From the IMG/VR virus record IMGVR_UViG_3300021961_000020: a stretch of 64,000 nucleotides of DNA; one strand, 5' to 3'. The notes beneath the pieces are model-generated. The model searched no databases and was not told the origin of the DNA. It was given only the letters and a program-made list of their open reading frames with translations. Origin of the DNA: a virus. Shown here piece after piece: positions 45,746 to 54,730 of the stretch. Positions within the stretch are counted from its first letter, which is position 1, and the number at the start of each line of letters is the position of its first letter. The position numbers and the translations under genes were made by a program.

Positions 45746-45778
45746 GATTTTTACCTATATGGTATACCCTATATAGGC

Positions 45779-47110
45779 TCAATCTCTTGCAGAATCGTAT
45801 TTCTCCCTTGCCTTAGATTCTTTCTTCTCTTTAGAAGTGAATCCATGCTTACGAACACGCTCGTTATGCTTCTTAATGCGATCTTGAGTCAGTTCACCTT
45901 CAGTCTGCTTGCGACCTCTTTCCTTTTTCTCCTGACGAGAACCAGGATACTCCTTACGGAACTTGTCGGTGATCCCTTTAGCACGACCTTCCCTTTCTAA
46001 CTCAGCAACTTTCTTACCCTTCTCTTCAACTTCGGGTTTGCGAGCACCTTCTGCGATAGCAGCGATCTCTTCCTTTACAGATTTTTGCAACTCTTCTTTT
46101 TTCTTTAAATTTTCTTTTTCTTGATTTGCTGCTGCCATTTTGGAAAGACCACCAATAGCACTGCCTACACCTCCAACAGCTTGAAGTGGAGCAGTAGCTG
46201 CACTAAGGGCACCACTGACGAGACCTGAAGCAGCACCTTTAGCAACACCTCCAACAATTGCACGGCCTACGCCTTTTTGAAGTAGAGCACCACCAACAGC
46301 TCTTGCTAATAGTGCAGGAGCAATCTCATTAATCTCAGTTTCTTCTTTGACTTTTTTCTTTTCTGGAAGACCATCGTGCTTAGTAGATGCAAAATCTTTT
46401 ACATCTTTCTTCTTCATGCTGGCAGCAACTTTGGCAACCTCAGGCGATGCCGCTCCCTCACCTTTCTGAGCAGCTCTGACCATACCCATGAAACGCTGCT
46501 GCTTTCTAGAGACTGCTTTCTCACTTAAAGTCTCCTCTTTCATCTTAACTACTTTTCCACCCAACTTCTTCTTATCAATCATTCCCTGCAGAAGTTGATC
46601 TGGAGTTTGATTGGTCTTGGATGCATCAATCTGTTCTTTCTGGCAATTAGGAACTTCTTTACCACCCTTCTTCTTAGTTCCTCTGGCAACATATCCATCC
46701 CAGCACTTACCAGCACCGACATTCTTCCGTGCTTGCTTGAGACCCTCTTGAATATCAGGATTGATTTTAATGATATTCTTTACGGGTTTCTCTTCGATTG
46801 TTATTTCTTTCTCGTCAGAGGTCGTCGCCTTGTCGGCGGGATACAACTTTTTTTCGTTTAAACCCTCAACCTTTTGACGGAGAGACATTTCCAATTCTTC
46901 TTTCTTAACACGCTTTGCTTTCTCAGCAGCGATAGCAGCACCAACTGCCTGACGACGCTTTCTCAGGTAGGAATCGGACTTATCAGAGTCACCATCATTA
47001 TCAATATCAGAGTCTTCCTTACCAACAGGGTCCAACTTTTCAGACATAAAAACATTGGCCATGCTATTAAGCATGATTTGCTCTGCGCTATCTTCAATAA
47101 AGTTTTTCAT
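45779..47110 (-). CDS. Large Glu/Lys-rich late protein, candidate internal head protein
   Basis: TATAAATA at 47142-47149; modules LDPVGKED.DIDNDGD, CWDGY, KDFASTKHDGLPEKK. Confidence 0.7.
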   Translation of the reverse strand: MKNFIEDSAEQIMLNSMANVFMSEKLDPVGKEDSDIDNDGDSDKSDSYLRKRRQAVGAAIAAEKAKRVKKEELEMSLRQKVEGLNEKKLYPADKATTSDEKEITIEEKPVKNIIKINPDIQEGLKQARKNVGAGKCWDGYVARGTKKKGGKEVPNCQKEQIDASKTNQTPDQLLQGMIDKKKLGGKVVKMKEETLSEKAVSRKQQRFMGMVRAAQKGEGAASPEVAKVAASMKKKDVKDFASTKHDGLPEKKKVKEETEINEIAPALLARAVGGALLQKGVGRAIVGGVAKGAASGLVSGALSAATAPLQAVGGVGSAIGGLSKMAAANQEKENLKKKEELQKSVKEEIAAIAEGARKPEVEEKGKKVAELEREGRAKGITDKFRKEYPGSRQEKKERGRKQTEGELTQDRIKKHNERVRKHGFTSKEKKESKAREKYDSARD

Positions 47111-47133
47111 CGAACCTAAAAGCTTTGCGTCTG

Positions 47134-48333
47134 CTATCTTTTATTTATAAATGACTTTACCTTCTCCAGGGGAGTAAGGGTCTGTACATATTCTCTGTAA
47201 GAATCTGTTCCGATTTCGCGTTTGGAAGCAGGAACTCCAGAGGGAATACGAGAAACATACTCAGTCAAGTCTCTAATCCAAGACTTGAACATGATGCCTT
47301 CCTTAGTTACTGCAATAACATGATTAGCGCCACGGCGAATGACTCTACCAATCAATCCAGTATTAAGAGATTCTACAAGTGAACCCATACCAAAAATATC
47401 GCCAGAGAGATAGTGCTCTCTAAGAGTTCTGGAATCATACTTAGGTGCAATTTGCCACATCTCAACGCCTTCAGTTTTTGCTGCAGCACCCATAGATCTT
47501 TGAACTGTATTAAACAGTTCTCTAGCAACTACACCCTTAGCAGCTTTAGGAAGTCCCTTTCTAAATGATTCAAAGTCTCCGTCTGCTGCTAGTGCTCGTA
47601 ATTTCGAAGCAGACATGCCCTCGACCCCTTCAGCATCGGGGTCCCGTTCTCCAGCAGAGATGACATTAATCGCATCAAAATTATAGAGTTGCCCGTTGTA
47701 TTTGTTTGCGAGGTTCTCAAACTCTTTTTGTCTGTCAGCACCAACCACGATGTTGACACTGGCATATCCTTCGGTGTCTGCATGTTTCAAAGCATCAAAA
47801 ATAGTACGAACAGAAGGATCGTATACGATCGCGTTCGAATGATCAGGGAACATCTTCTTCATGAAGAGAACCTTTGTCTCTGCATCAAGAGGGTTCTTTT
47901 GAGGATCTACAGAGTGAGAAGGATATACAACATACTGCTCACCCGCAGCAGTCTTCTTAATTGTATCTAAAAGTTTTTCATGACCAGATGTAGGAGGATT
48001 GAATCTACCAAATCCGATGGTGAGAGTTCCTCTGGTCTTTTCTACTTCCTCAACCTCTCCCTCTTCGGGTTGCATTCCACCCTGTCCAGGAGCAGGCGGG
48101 GGTGGTTCTTGAGGGGGAAGTCCTCTAGCAGCGGGTCCAGGTCTTGTAGGATCACTCTCTTGTGCGGGCTTTCTACCGCTAGTGAATACTAATTCACCTT
48201 CTACAGTTCTACCTACAATTCTATTCTGAGCATCCAACCACGATCCATGACCATCGCCCTTCAAACCAAGCTTCTTTGCTTGCTTTGCAGCGTTAGTCTG
48301 TGCCTCGTTTAAAAACTGGAAGAAACTCTTCAT
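47134..48333 (-). CDS. Cytidyltransferase-fold (HxGH) nucleotidyltransferase with N- and C-terminal extensions
   Basis: FGRFNPPTSGHEKL, VVGADR, MSASKLR; TATAAATA at 48374-48381. Confidence 0.88.
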   Translation of the reverse strand: MKSFFQFLNEAQTNAAKQAKKLGLKGDGHGSWLDAQNRIVGRTVEGELVFTSGRKPAQESDPTRPGPAARGLPPQEPPPPAPGQGGMQPEEGEVEEVEKTRGTLTIGFGRFNPPTSGHEKLLDTIKKTAAGEQYVVYPSHSVDPQKNPLDAETKVLFMKKMFPDHSNAIVYDPSVRTIFDALKHADTEGYASVNIVVGADRQKEFENLANKYNGQLYNFDAINVISAGERDPDAEGVEGMSASKLRALAADGDFESFRKGLPKAAKGVVARELFNTVQRSMGAAAKTEGVEMWQIAPKYDSRTLREHYLSGDIFGMGSLVESLNTGLIGRVIRRGANHVIAVTKEGIMFKSWIRDLTEYVSRIPSGVPASKREIGTDSYREYVQTLTPLEKVKSFINKR

Positions 48334-48338
48334 GATTA

Positions 48339-48944
48339 TTATGCAAATACCCGCCGTGTATTCTCCGCAACTCTATTTATATTAAAGGATACAGTCATAC
48401 GAAGATGTTTGCTATCATTCTTTTTAACAAAGTGTTTTAGATTAGATGGAAATATGAGTATATCCCCTTCTTCTACAGGGATATCTGCATGTTCTAGAAC
48501 ATGGGGATTGAGTCTCTCATCCATAAACTCACCATCAAACATGAAAGAATTTATTTGTTCTAGAGGATTGCAAAATGTTGTACCTTCATGCTCATAAGGA
48601 TTAAACAACACATAATGAATTGCAGAATAGAATCCAGGTAAATGAGTGTGAGGTTCTTGATAATGAGATCGATCATAAGTGTTCATCCAAATCTCATGAA
48701 TGTATGGTCTATGAGTCAATCCAATATCATTCTTCCATTGCTGAAGAATGTCAATATAATTATCACTAATCTCTTGAGGAAATGCTCCTTGAAATTCTGT
48801 CCTCACATTGCAAAACCATCCATCTGGAGTTCCATTAACAGAGAAGTCTTTGTAAGAGTTGTACCTCTCTAACATGAACTTCTTTATTTCTGTGGGATCA
48901 AGATGATACTTATATACTCGCTGAGGAAACAAATCAATGTGCAT
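48339..48944 (-). CDS. 2OG-Fe(II) oxygenase-like (TIGR02466 type)
   Basis: WMNTY, EPHTH, IFPSNLKHFV, RMTVSFN. Confidence 0.85.
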   Translation of the reverse strand: MHIDLFPQRVYKYHLDPTEIKKFMLERYNSYKDFSVNGTPDGWFCNVRTEFQGAFPQEISDNYIDILQQWKNDIGLTHRPYIHEIWMNTYDRSHYQEPHTHLPGFYSAIHYVLFNPYEHEGTTFCNPLEQINSFMFDGEFMDERLNPHVLEHADIPVEEGDILIFPSNLKHFVKKNDSKHLRMTVSFNINRVAENTRRVFA

Positions 48945-48945
48945 T

Positions 48946-50277
48946 TCATTCTAATTTGATATACGGAGCAGAGTAACTTGCCTGAGAACTAGCATACAAA
49001 TAAAGATCTTGCACTACTTGATCTTGTATTTGCTTTGGTGCCTTCTTCATGGTTAACAGCAAATTCATGACGAGGTACTTTGAGTATCTGTACTTATCAG
49101 AATTTCCTTGTATTGTTTTGGCAGCGGCACCCACTTGTGCTGGACTAATTATACCATAGTCTGCCATCATTTGCGCTATGTTGGCGCAATGTTTTTCCGT
49201 GTTTGATTTTGCCAAAGCAGCAGACTCTGACGATGCAGGAATCTGCGGTAGTCCATGTCTCTTGAGAATAAAATTGATTGGACCCAAAGAAACCTTACCC
49301 TGGTTAGCAGACGCACCCTTAATCTCTCCCTGCCATCCAGTCAGTGATGCTTCTCCACCAAAACTTCTAAACTGGATCTTCTCTGTTGTTCCAGCACCCC
49401 ACTGAATATAACCATCCATAGCATCCATATTAGTGGTAGTTCCTCTAAAAGATGCAGTTACTGCCTTCTTATCCGTAGGGAAATTTTTCTTACTAATGAT
49501 TCCTCTACTGCTAGTAATCTTTTTAAGAGAGACTCCAATCAGTTGATTAGATTGAACATACTCGAACATCTTTTCATTCAATCCCTTTAGAGTTCTTTCT
49601 GCTTGTAACTCTCCAGGATTAAAACCTGCACCAACCATGTAGATGTCAGCAGGACTCCACTTGTTTAGGTTACCAAAAGCAGACTCTTCTCTATTGATTG
49701 CCGTAAATGTTTTTTCGATAGCATTAACAACAGGAGATCCTCTGTGAAAAGTGAACCTACCAGAATTTCCATACATTTTAAACAGAGCATTTGCACCAGC
49801 AATAGATGAGTTAATCCAATCATCTGGCAATGCATTTACCATGTTATCGAATTTTTCATCAGTGATTGCAGTTGCTGCTGCTCTTACAAAATTATCCTTA
49901 GTAACATCCTTGATCGTCATCTCACGACGAAGAACATTAAAAACTACAGCAGCATAAAGTGCCTGAGATGATTCGGCAAGTTTAGTTAATGCAGCACCAG
50001 CGCCAGATCCTCCACCACCACCTTTCTTGTAGATGAGTTTGATGAGACCTTTTTGAAGTGCAATCTTAGTTACAGGAAAAGAGGACTCACTCTTGTCAAT
50101 TTCATTGACAAAAGGAACCCTCAATCTAATTAATTCTTTAGATATTTTATCCTGGGTCTCTGCTCTTTGTGCAGAGATGATTCTAATTTTATCTACCTTA
50201 GGTCCAGATTTGACGACTTTAGTCTGCACTCCTTTAAGAGCAGCATTCAATGCCAATAATACTTCTCCGTCAGACAT
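48946..50277 (-). CDS. Hypothetical late protein (NKWSPADIY motif)
   Basis: 443-aa ORF; CTAAATA at 50302-50308. Confidence 0.65.
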   Translation of the reverse strand: MSDGEVLLALNAALKGVQTKVVKSGPKVDKIRIISAQRAETQDKISKELIRLRVPFVNEIDKSESSFPVTKIALQKGLIKLIYKKGGGGGSGAGAALTKLAESSQALYAAVVFNVLRREMTIKDVTKDNFVRAAATAITDEKFDNMVNALPDDWINSSIAGANALFKMYGNSGRFTFHRGSPVVNAIEKTFTAINREESAFGNLNKWSPADIYMVGAGFNPGELQAERTLKGLNEKMFEYVQSNQLIGVSLKKITSSRGIISKKNFPTDKKAVTASFRGTTTNMDAMDGYIQWGAGTTEKIQFRSFGGEASLTGWQGEIKGASANQGKVSLGPINFILKRHGLPQIPASSESAALAKSNTEKHCANIAQMMADYGIISPAQVGAAAKTIQGNSDKYRYSKYLVMNLLLTMKKAPKQIQDQVVQDLYLYASSQASYSAPYIKLE

Positions 50278-50278
50278 T

Positions 50279-50485
50279 TTATTCTATCTGGTCGTCAAGA
50301 CTATTTAGATAGTCTTTCTCAGTTTGATAGGGTTGTTTTTTGCCAGACCAGATTTCATAACCCTCTACAAGGTCTGGAATTAACCACTGGTCCACCCGAT
50401 AACAATACTTCCAGTTGGCAGGTTGAATACAATTCATCACGACAACTTGAAAGAATGCTACTAGGTGGATCCAGAAACTATACAT
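50279..50485 (-). CDS. Small hypothetical
   Basis: Coupled ORF. Confidence 0.55.
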   Translation of the reverse strand: MYSFWIHLVAFFQVVVMNCIQPANWKYCYRVDQWLIPDLVEGYEIWSGKKQPYQTEKDYLNSLDDQIE

Positions 50486-50655
50486 CAGTCTTTCATTGCT
50501 TCGTCAAGAGCAGCATCGATCTTACCAATCACTTCACGAATTTGAACAATGCGAGGAGGAACACACTTTTCATCATAAGTATATCCTTCTTGAGTATTGA
50601 CAAGGGACTGCATTACATAAACGGCAGTCTGGGGATCGAGTTCAAGGTTAATCAT
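50485..50655 (-). CDS. Small hypothetical (56 aa)
   Basis: MINLELDPQTAVYVMQSL...VPPRIVQIREVI; TGATG overlaps at both ends. Confidence 0.6.
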   Translation of the reverse strand: MINLELDPQTAVYVMQSLVNTQEGYTYDEKCVPPRIVQIREVIGKIDAALDEAMKD

Positions 50656-51299
50656 CAAAGGTCACCTGCTTTACGGTTTTCAGAATAATATGCATCGAAG
50701 GTTCCTTCTGGATAACGAGCAGCAAGTTTGCTGATGTTACGATCCAGAACTTCTTCCAGAGAGATGTCCAGTGCCATACATGCCTGAGCGACATACCACA
50801 TGACATCACCGAGTTCGATCTTCAGGTGCTCGATGTTATCAGCGTTCCAGGGTTTGCCTTGGAAGGTGATCTTCTTAACGATCTCCATGAACTCGCCACC
50901 TTCAGCAGCGATACCAACAGCAGCAGTCAGGAGACGCTGGATGTCACAACCTTCTGCTTGCAGAGATGCAACACGAGCAATGAACTGAGCATTGTCCTTA
51001 GAAGGAGCACTGGTAACCTGATCGACAAACTCAATATATTTGGAGAGATTGGCAATCTCACGCCTGCTTTGAGTAACAACTACTTGCATACTTTCAACAG
51101 CACGAGCTTGCTGTTCAGCAGCAGGAGCACCTTGAGGACCAGTAGGATTGACAGGGTTATCTTGCCACTGTTCAGTGCCAGGATCTCCAGGTTCCATCTC
51201 CCAGAACTCCTTAGCACGGGGACGGGAAGGAGCAGGAGGTTGCTGAGGACGCTGAGGTTCAGGAATATTGTCAGCGATTGCAGAGGAATAAGTAGGCAT
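50655..51299 (-). CDS. mazG: MazG-like nucleotide pyrophosphohydrolase with Pro/Gln-rich N-terminal extension
   Basis: GIAAEGGEFMEIVKK, ELGDVMWY, KLAARYP. Confidence 0.9.
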   Translation of the reverse strand: MPTYSSAIADNIPEPQRPQQPPAPSRPRAKEFWEMEPGDPGTEQWQDNPVNPTGPQGAPAAEQQARAVESMQVVVTQSRREIANLSKYIEFVDQVTSAPSKDNAQFIARVASLQAEGCDIQRLLTAAVGIAAEGGEFMEIVKKITFQGKPWNADNIEHLKIELGDVMWYVAQACMALDISLEEVLDRNISKLAARYPEGTFDAYYSENRKAGDL

Positions 51300-51304
51300 A
51301 ATAA

Positions 51305-52174
51305 TTATTCAAATTGAGTTTGTTTTGGATGATAATTGAATAGAGTGTCAAGTCTGAAGTGTTCCCAACTATAGGAAACCGTATCTATGTATTTGTCTTC
51401 AAAGTCAAAATCTTCAGGAGACAAAGAGAAAAAAATAGACAAGACTAACCTCTGACTATCAGAGAACCAACTAGGTTCAATGAATGGATTATGGAGGTTC
51501 ATAGTTGGGTAAACTACTAGACTATTATACCCTATCGTGACAGAAGTTTCAAATGAAAAATCTTCATAGTTTTTAATCTGAAACCACGAATCTACAGTTT
51601 GAAATTCGTGACGATCATAAAAGTTTTGCAAACTATTTTTATCTTTACGGTCAAAATCTAAAGCATTAGTTTTACCGCGCCATGACCAAAATCCTGTAGT
51701 AACTGGATCAACACTCTTGGAGAAATTTATGTTTGTGACGAAACACGGAATATCATCCAGTGTATCTAAAAGAGGAGTATCGATATGAGGATAACAACAT
51801 AGACTTCCAGTAGAATCTAATGTCATATTTCCGCTTGTGCATTGGGTATATAAATCCCAAACACTTAATTTAGAAACACCGAATAATGGTTTAAGTCTCT
51901 GCTCTAACTGCTGCGCAATTATTGGACGCAACATGTCAGGGAATCTATGAGTAAGACCAGGACGAACATTATCACTATCAATAAAGTATCTTGTTTCCCA
52001 GTAGTCAAGATTCTCAAAGAACTCAGATACTAGATCTGGATTCTTATAAACATCATTTGCTACAAGAACAGGAACTTTATCATTTAAGAGACGAAATTCG
52101 AACTCAAGGTTGTTAACCGCAGAGATTTTATTCCAAATTTCTGTTGCTGATCTAATCAAACTTAAATCCCTCAA
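51305..52174 (-). CDS. DUF6445-like / divergent 2OG oxygenase-fold protein
   Basis: NDVYKNPD, YPHID, TTGFW, YNSLVVY, LHNP, RLVL. Confidence 0.55.
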   Translation of the reverse strand: MRDLSLIRSATEIWNKISAVNNLEFEFRLLNDKVPVLVANDVYKNPDLVSEFFENLDYWETRYFIDSDNVRPGLTHRFPDMLRPIIAQQLEQRLKPLFGVSKLSVWDLYTQCTSGNMTLDSTGSLCCYPHIDTPLLDTLDDIPCFVTNINFSKSVDPVTTGFWSWRGKTNALDFDRKDKNSLQNFYDRHEFQTVDSWFQIKNYEDFSFETSVTIGYNSLVVYPTMNLHNPFIEPSWFSDSQRLVLSIFFSLSPEDFDFEDKYIDTVSYSWEHFRLDTLFNYHPKQTQFE

Positions 52175-53528
52175 ACTTGTTTTCCTTTACAAAGTTCTCT
52201 GCATCATTTTCGTCACCACGATCATGGAGACTCCCACCTTCAGACTGATCACAGTCATAAAGTCTCATCTTTGCCCTGTCAATACCTACAACAAACCGCT
52301 TGTTTACTGTTGGATCGTTATACCTATTCTTCAACTGCTTCACCATAATTTGCCCGAGTCCTTCAAGATCTTCAGATGAAATAAGGGCAAACATAAGATC
52401 AGCAGTAGCAGGGAGGCCAAAGGACTCGCTAGTGTCAGTAATGTCAACATCACTGCTGCTATAACCAGAACGAGTGGTCTGGGTGGCAGATACGATAGGG
52501 ACCTCTGCTTCGACAGCAAGCCCTCTAAGCTCTTCAGCAATTGCCTTGATATAGCTATATGAATTAACACCAATCGCACCGCGATAGCGTGAGGAAGAGC
52601 ATATATTAAGGTAATCGATGAAAATAATATCAGGACGAAAAGACTTCTTAAGTGCCAGATCGTTGAGCAGAGATTTAAAGTGTCCCGCATGGGCAGATGC
52701 TGTCGGGTACTCTTTAATTATAAGAGTTCCCTGAGTCTTCTTAGCAAGGTTATTGACTTTTGTTTCGAACATCTGACGAGGAAGATCGACTAGATCTCTG
52801 ATGTTAACATTAAGCAGATTAGCGTCGATTCTTTCTGCAATTTTCTCTTCAGCCATTTCAAGCGTGATGTATAGGACATTTTTGCCCTGTAGTAACACCG
52901 AGCTTGCGACATGACACATAAACAGAGATTTACCAACCCCCGTGCCAGCAAGAGCAATATTAAGTGTTTTGTTAGGGAGCCCGCCTTTCGTAATCTTGTT
53001 AAAGTATTCGAGGTCGAACGGGATCTTAGATTCTTGTTTATGATAGGATTCGTAGCGTTGCTCATAGTCTTCAAGATAATCATGTCCGATGTGATTATCA
53101 AACGAGACTGCAAGGGCATCCGACAGAATACTAGGGATAGCATCCCTAGTTTTCTTAGAATCTTTGCCGTCTGCAATTTGAATGGATTCCATGAGTGCCA
53201 AATAGATGGCACGATCACGGCACCATTTCTCAGTGGCATCGAGCAACCACTGAGAATGAGTCTCCGATTCACGGAGAACTTCAACTAACCCTAGAGCGTC
53301 TTTGAACTCTTGTTCAGATAGGTCTCCCCTGTTCTGAATCTCAATGCTAAGAATTTCTGGTGTCAGAATTTTGTCATACTCCTGGGCAAAGGAGGTGACT
53401 TCTTCAAAGATAACTTTTTCAGTACGCTCCTGAAAATATTCAGGATTAATAAAGGGAAGAACTTTCCTTAGAAACTCTTCATCATGAATGAGATTTCTAA
53501 GGATAGTGAGTTCAATACGATCATTCAT
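52152..53528 (-). CDS. gp41: Replicative helicase (T4 gp41-like)
   Basis: AGTGVGKS, ITLEMAEE, IDYLN, QLKNRY. Confidence 0.97.
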   Translation of the reverse strand: MNDRIELTILRNLIHDEEFLRKVLPFINPEYFQERTEKVIFEEVTSFAQEYDKILTPEILSIEIQNRGDLSEQEFKDALGLVEVLRESETHSQWLLDATEKWCRDRAIYLALMESIQIADGKDSKKTRDAIPSILSDALAVSFDNHIGHDYLEDYEQRYESYHKQESKIPFDLEYFNKITKGGLPNKTLNIALAGTGVGKSLFMCHVASSVLLQGKNVLYITLEMAEEKIAERIDANLLNVNIRDLVDLPRQMFETKVNNLAKKTQGTLIIKEYPTASAHAGHFKSLLNDLALKKSFRPDIIFIDYLNICSSSRYRGAIGVNSYSYIKAIAEELRGLAVEAEVPIVSATQTTRSGYSSSDVDITDTSESFGLPATADLMFALISSEDLEGLGQIMVKQLKNRYNDPTVNKRFVVGIDRAKMRLYDCDQSEGGSLHDRGDENDAENFVKENKFEGFKFD

Positions 53529-54532
53529 TAGGCACCATAACTAAATTCGTTCTTAGCAATCTCATCGAGTTGCTGCATCACTTCTTCAGTGAAATATACT
53601 TCTGGTTCTTTAAGGATTTGCTTTGCATAAAGCTTTTTGCCGTCGATCTCATACCGACCTGCGACATTTTTCCAGAGACCGCCCAGTTCACCGAGTTCAA
53701 GAAGACCATAATATCTATCAAGACCACGCTCATCGTAATAAAGACGAACTTCCACATCTTTGTTTTCCTTACTTAAACGAGATTTAGCAGTCTTTGCTTT
53801 GATAATGTTTCCAACAACCTCGGTTCCATCTTTCTCTTTTTTCTTTGAGAGATAGATGATAGTAGAAGCAGCATATTTAAGACCAGAACCACCGCCCATT
53901 TCCTTTGTAGGAACATAGGCACCAATGACATCGTAGGTATGATTAGTAACGATCATCGGGATATTTGCTTGACCCAGTTTAAGGGTAAGCATACGGAATG
54001 CACCTTTGACAAGTTGAGATTTAGTCATGTCCCGAACTTGTTTATCGTTCAGAGCATCAGTAATCTCTTTATCAGTAGAGAGCATACCAAGAGAGTCTAG
54101 CACAAAAATACAAGGTTTACGCTCATCTACAGATTTTTTTAAGTAAATGTCTACTGCTTTCAGTGCCTTACTACGAAACTCTTCGATGGTAACAACATTG
54201 ACAACTACCAAACGCTTGGTGTCAATACCACGAGATTCAATCAGTGATTTAGTGATAGCTGCCTCAGTATCAAAGTAGAGACAATAACCATCGGGGTTAG
54301 AATCAAGAAAATTCTTAACCATAGCGAGAGAAAAGAAAGTCTTTCCAGTACTAGACTCTCCAGCAATAGCAGTAATCTTATTGCCAGATACACCACCAAA
54401 TACACTACCTGACACCAGTGCGTTAAAAATGTACGAACCAGTGTCAACATAACTTTCAGATTCTTCAATGTCTGCTGCGAGTTTGGTGTAGTCATCACCA
54501 ATCTCTTTTACAATATCTTTAAGAAAGTCCAT
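53528..54532 (-). CDS. uvsX: RecA-like recombinase
   Basis: [23 protein letters not shown]. Confidence 0.96.
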   Translation of the reverse strand: MDFLKDIVKEIGDDYTKLAADIEESESYVDTGSYIFNALVSGSVFGGVSGNKITAIAGESSTGKTFFSLAMVKNFLDSNPDGYCLYFDTEAAITKSLIESRGIDTKRLVVVNVVTIEEFRSKALKAVDIYLKKSVDERKPCIFVLDSLGMLSTDKEITDALNDKQVRDMTKSQLVKGAFRMLTLKLGQANIPMIVTNHTYDVIGAYVPTKEMGGGSGLKYAASTIIYLSKKKEKDGTEVVGNIIKAKTAKSRLSKENKDVEVRLYYDERGLDRYYGLLELGELGGLWKNVAGRYEIDGKKLYAKQILKEPEVYFTEEVMQQLDEIAKNEFSYGA

Positions 54533-54730
54533 TCAATACCAACGCATGCTTTTCAAGTATTCTAGCACATTCTCACGAACATCCAACAGTTCGGTGTAGC
54601 ACTTTTGATTGTGGGCACACTGCCTCAGTTCTTGATCTGGTTTAAGAACACTTTCAATAAAAAGGTCTAGACCACGATTCCATTTATCTTTTTTTGATTC
54701 GGTATCTACGATAGAATTTTGATCGTTCAT
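54533..54730 (-). CDS. Small hypothetical
   Basis: KWNRGLDLFIESVLKPD..LRQCAHNQ. Confidence 0.6.
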   Translation of the reverse strand: MNDQNSIVDTESKKDKWNRGLDLFIESVLKPDQELRQCAHNQKCYTELLDVRENVLEYLKSMRWY

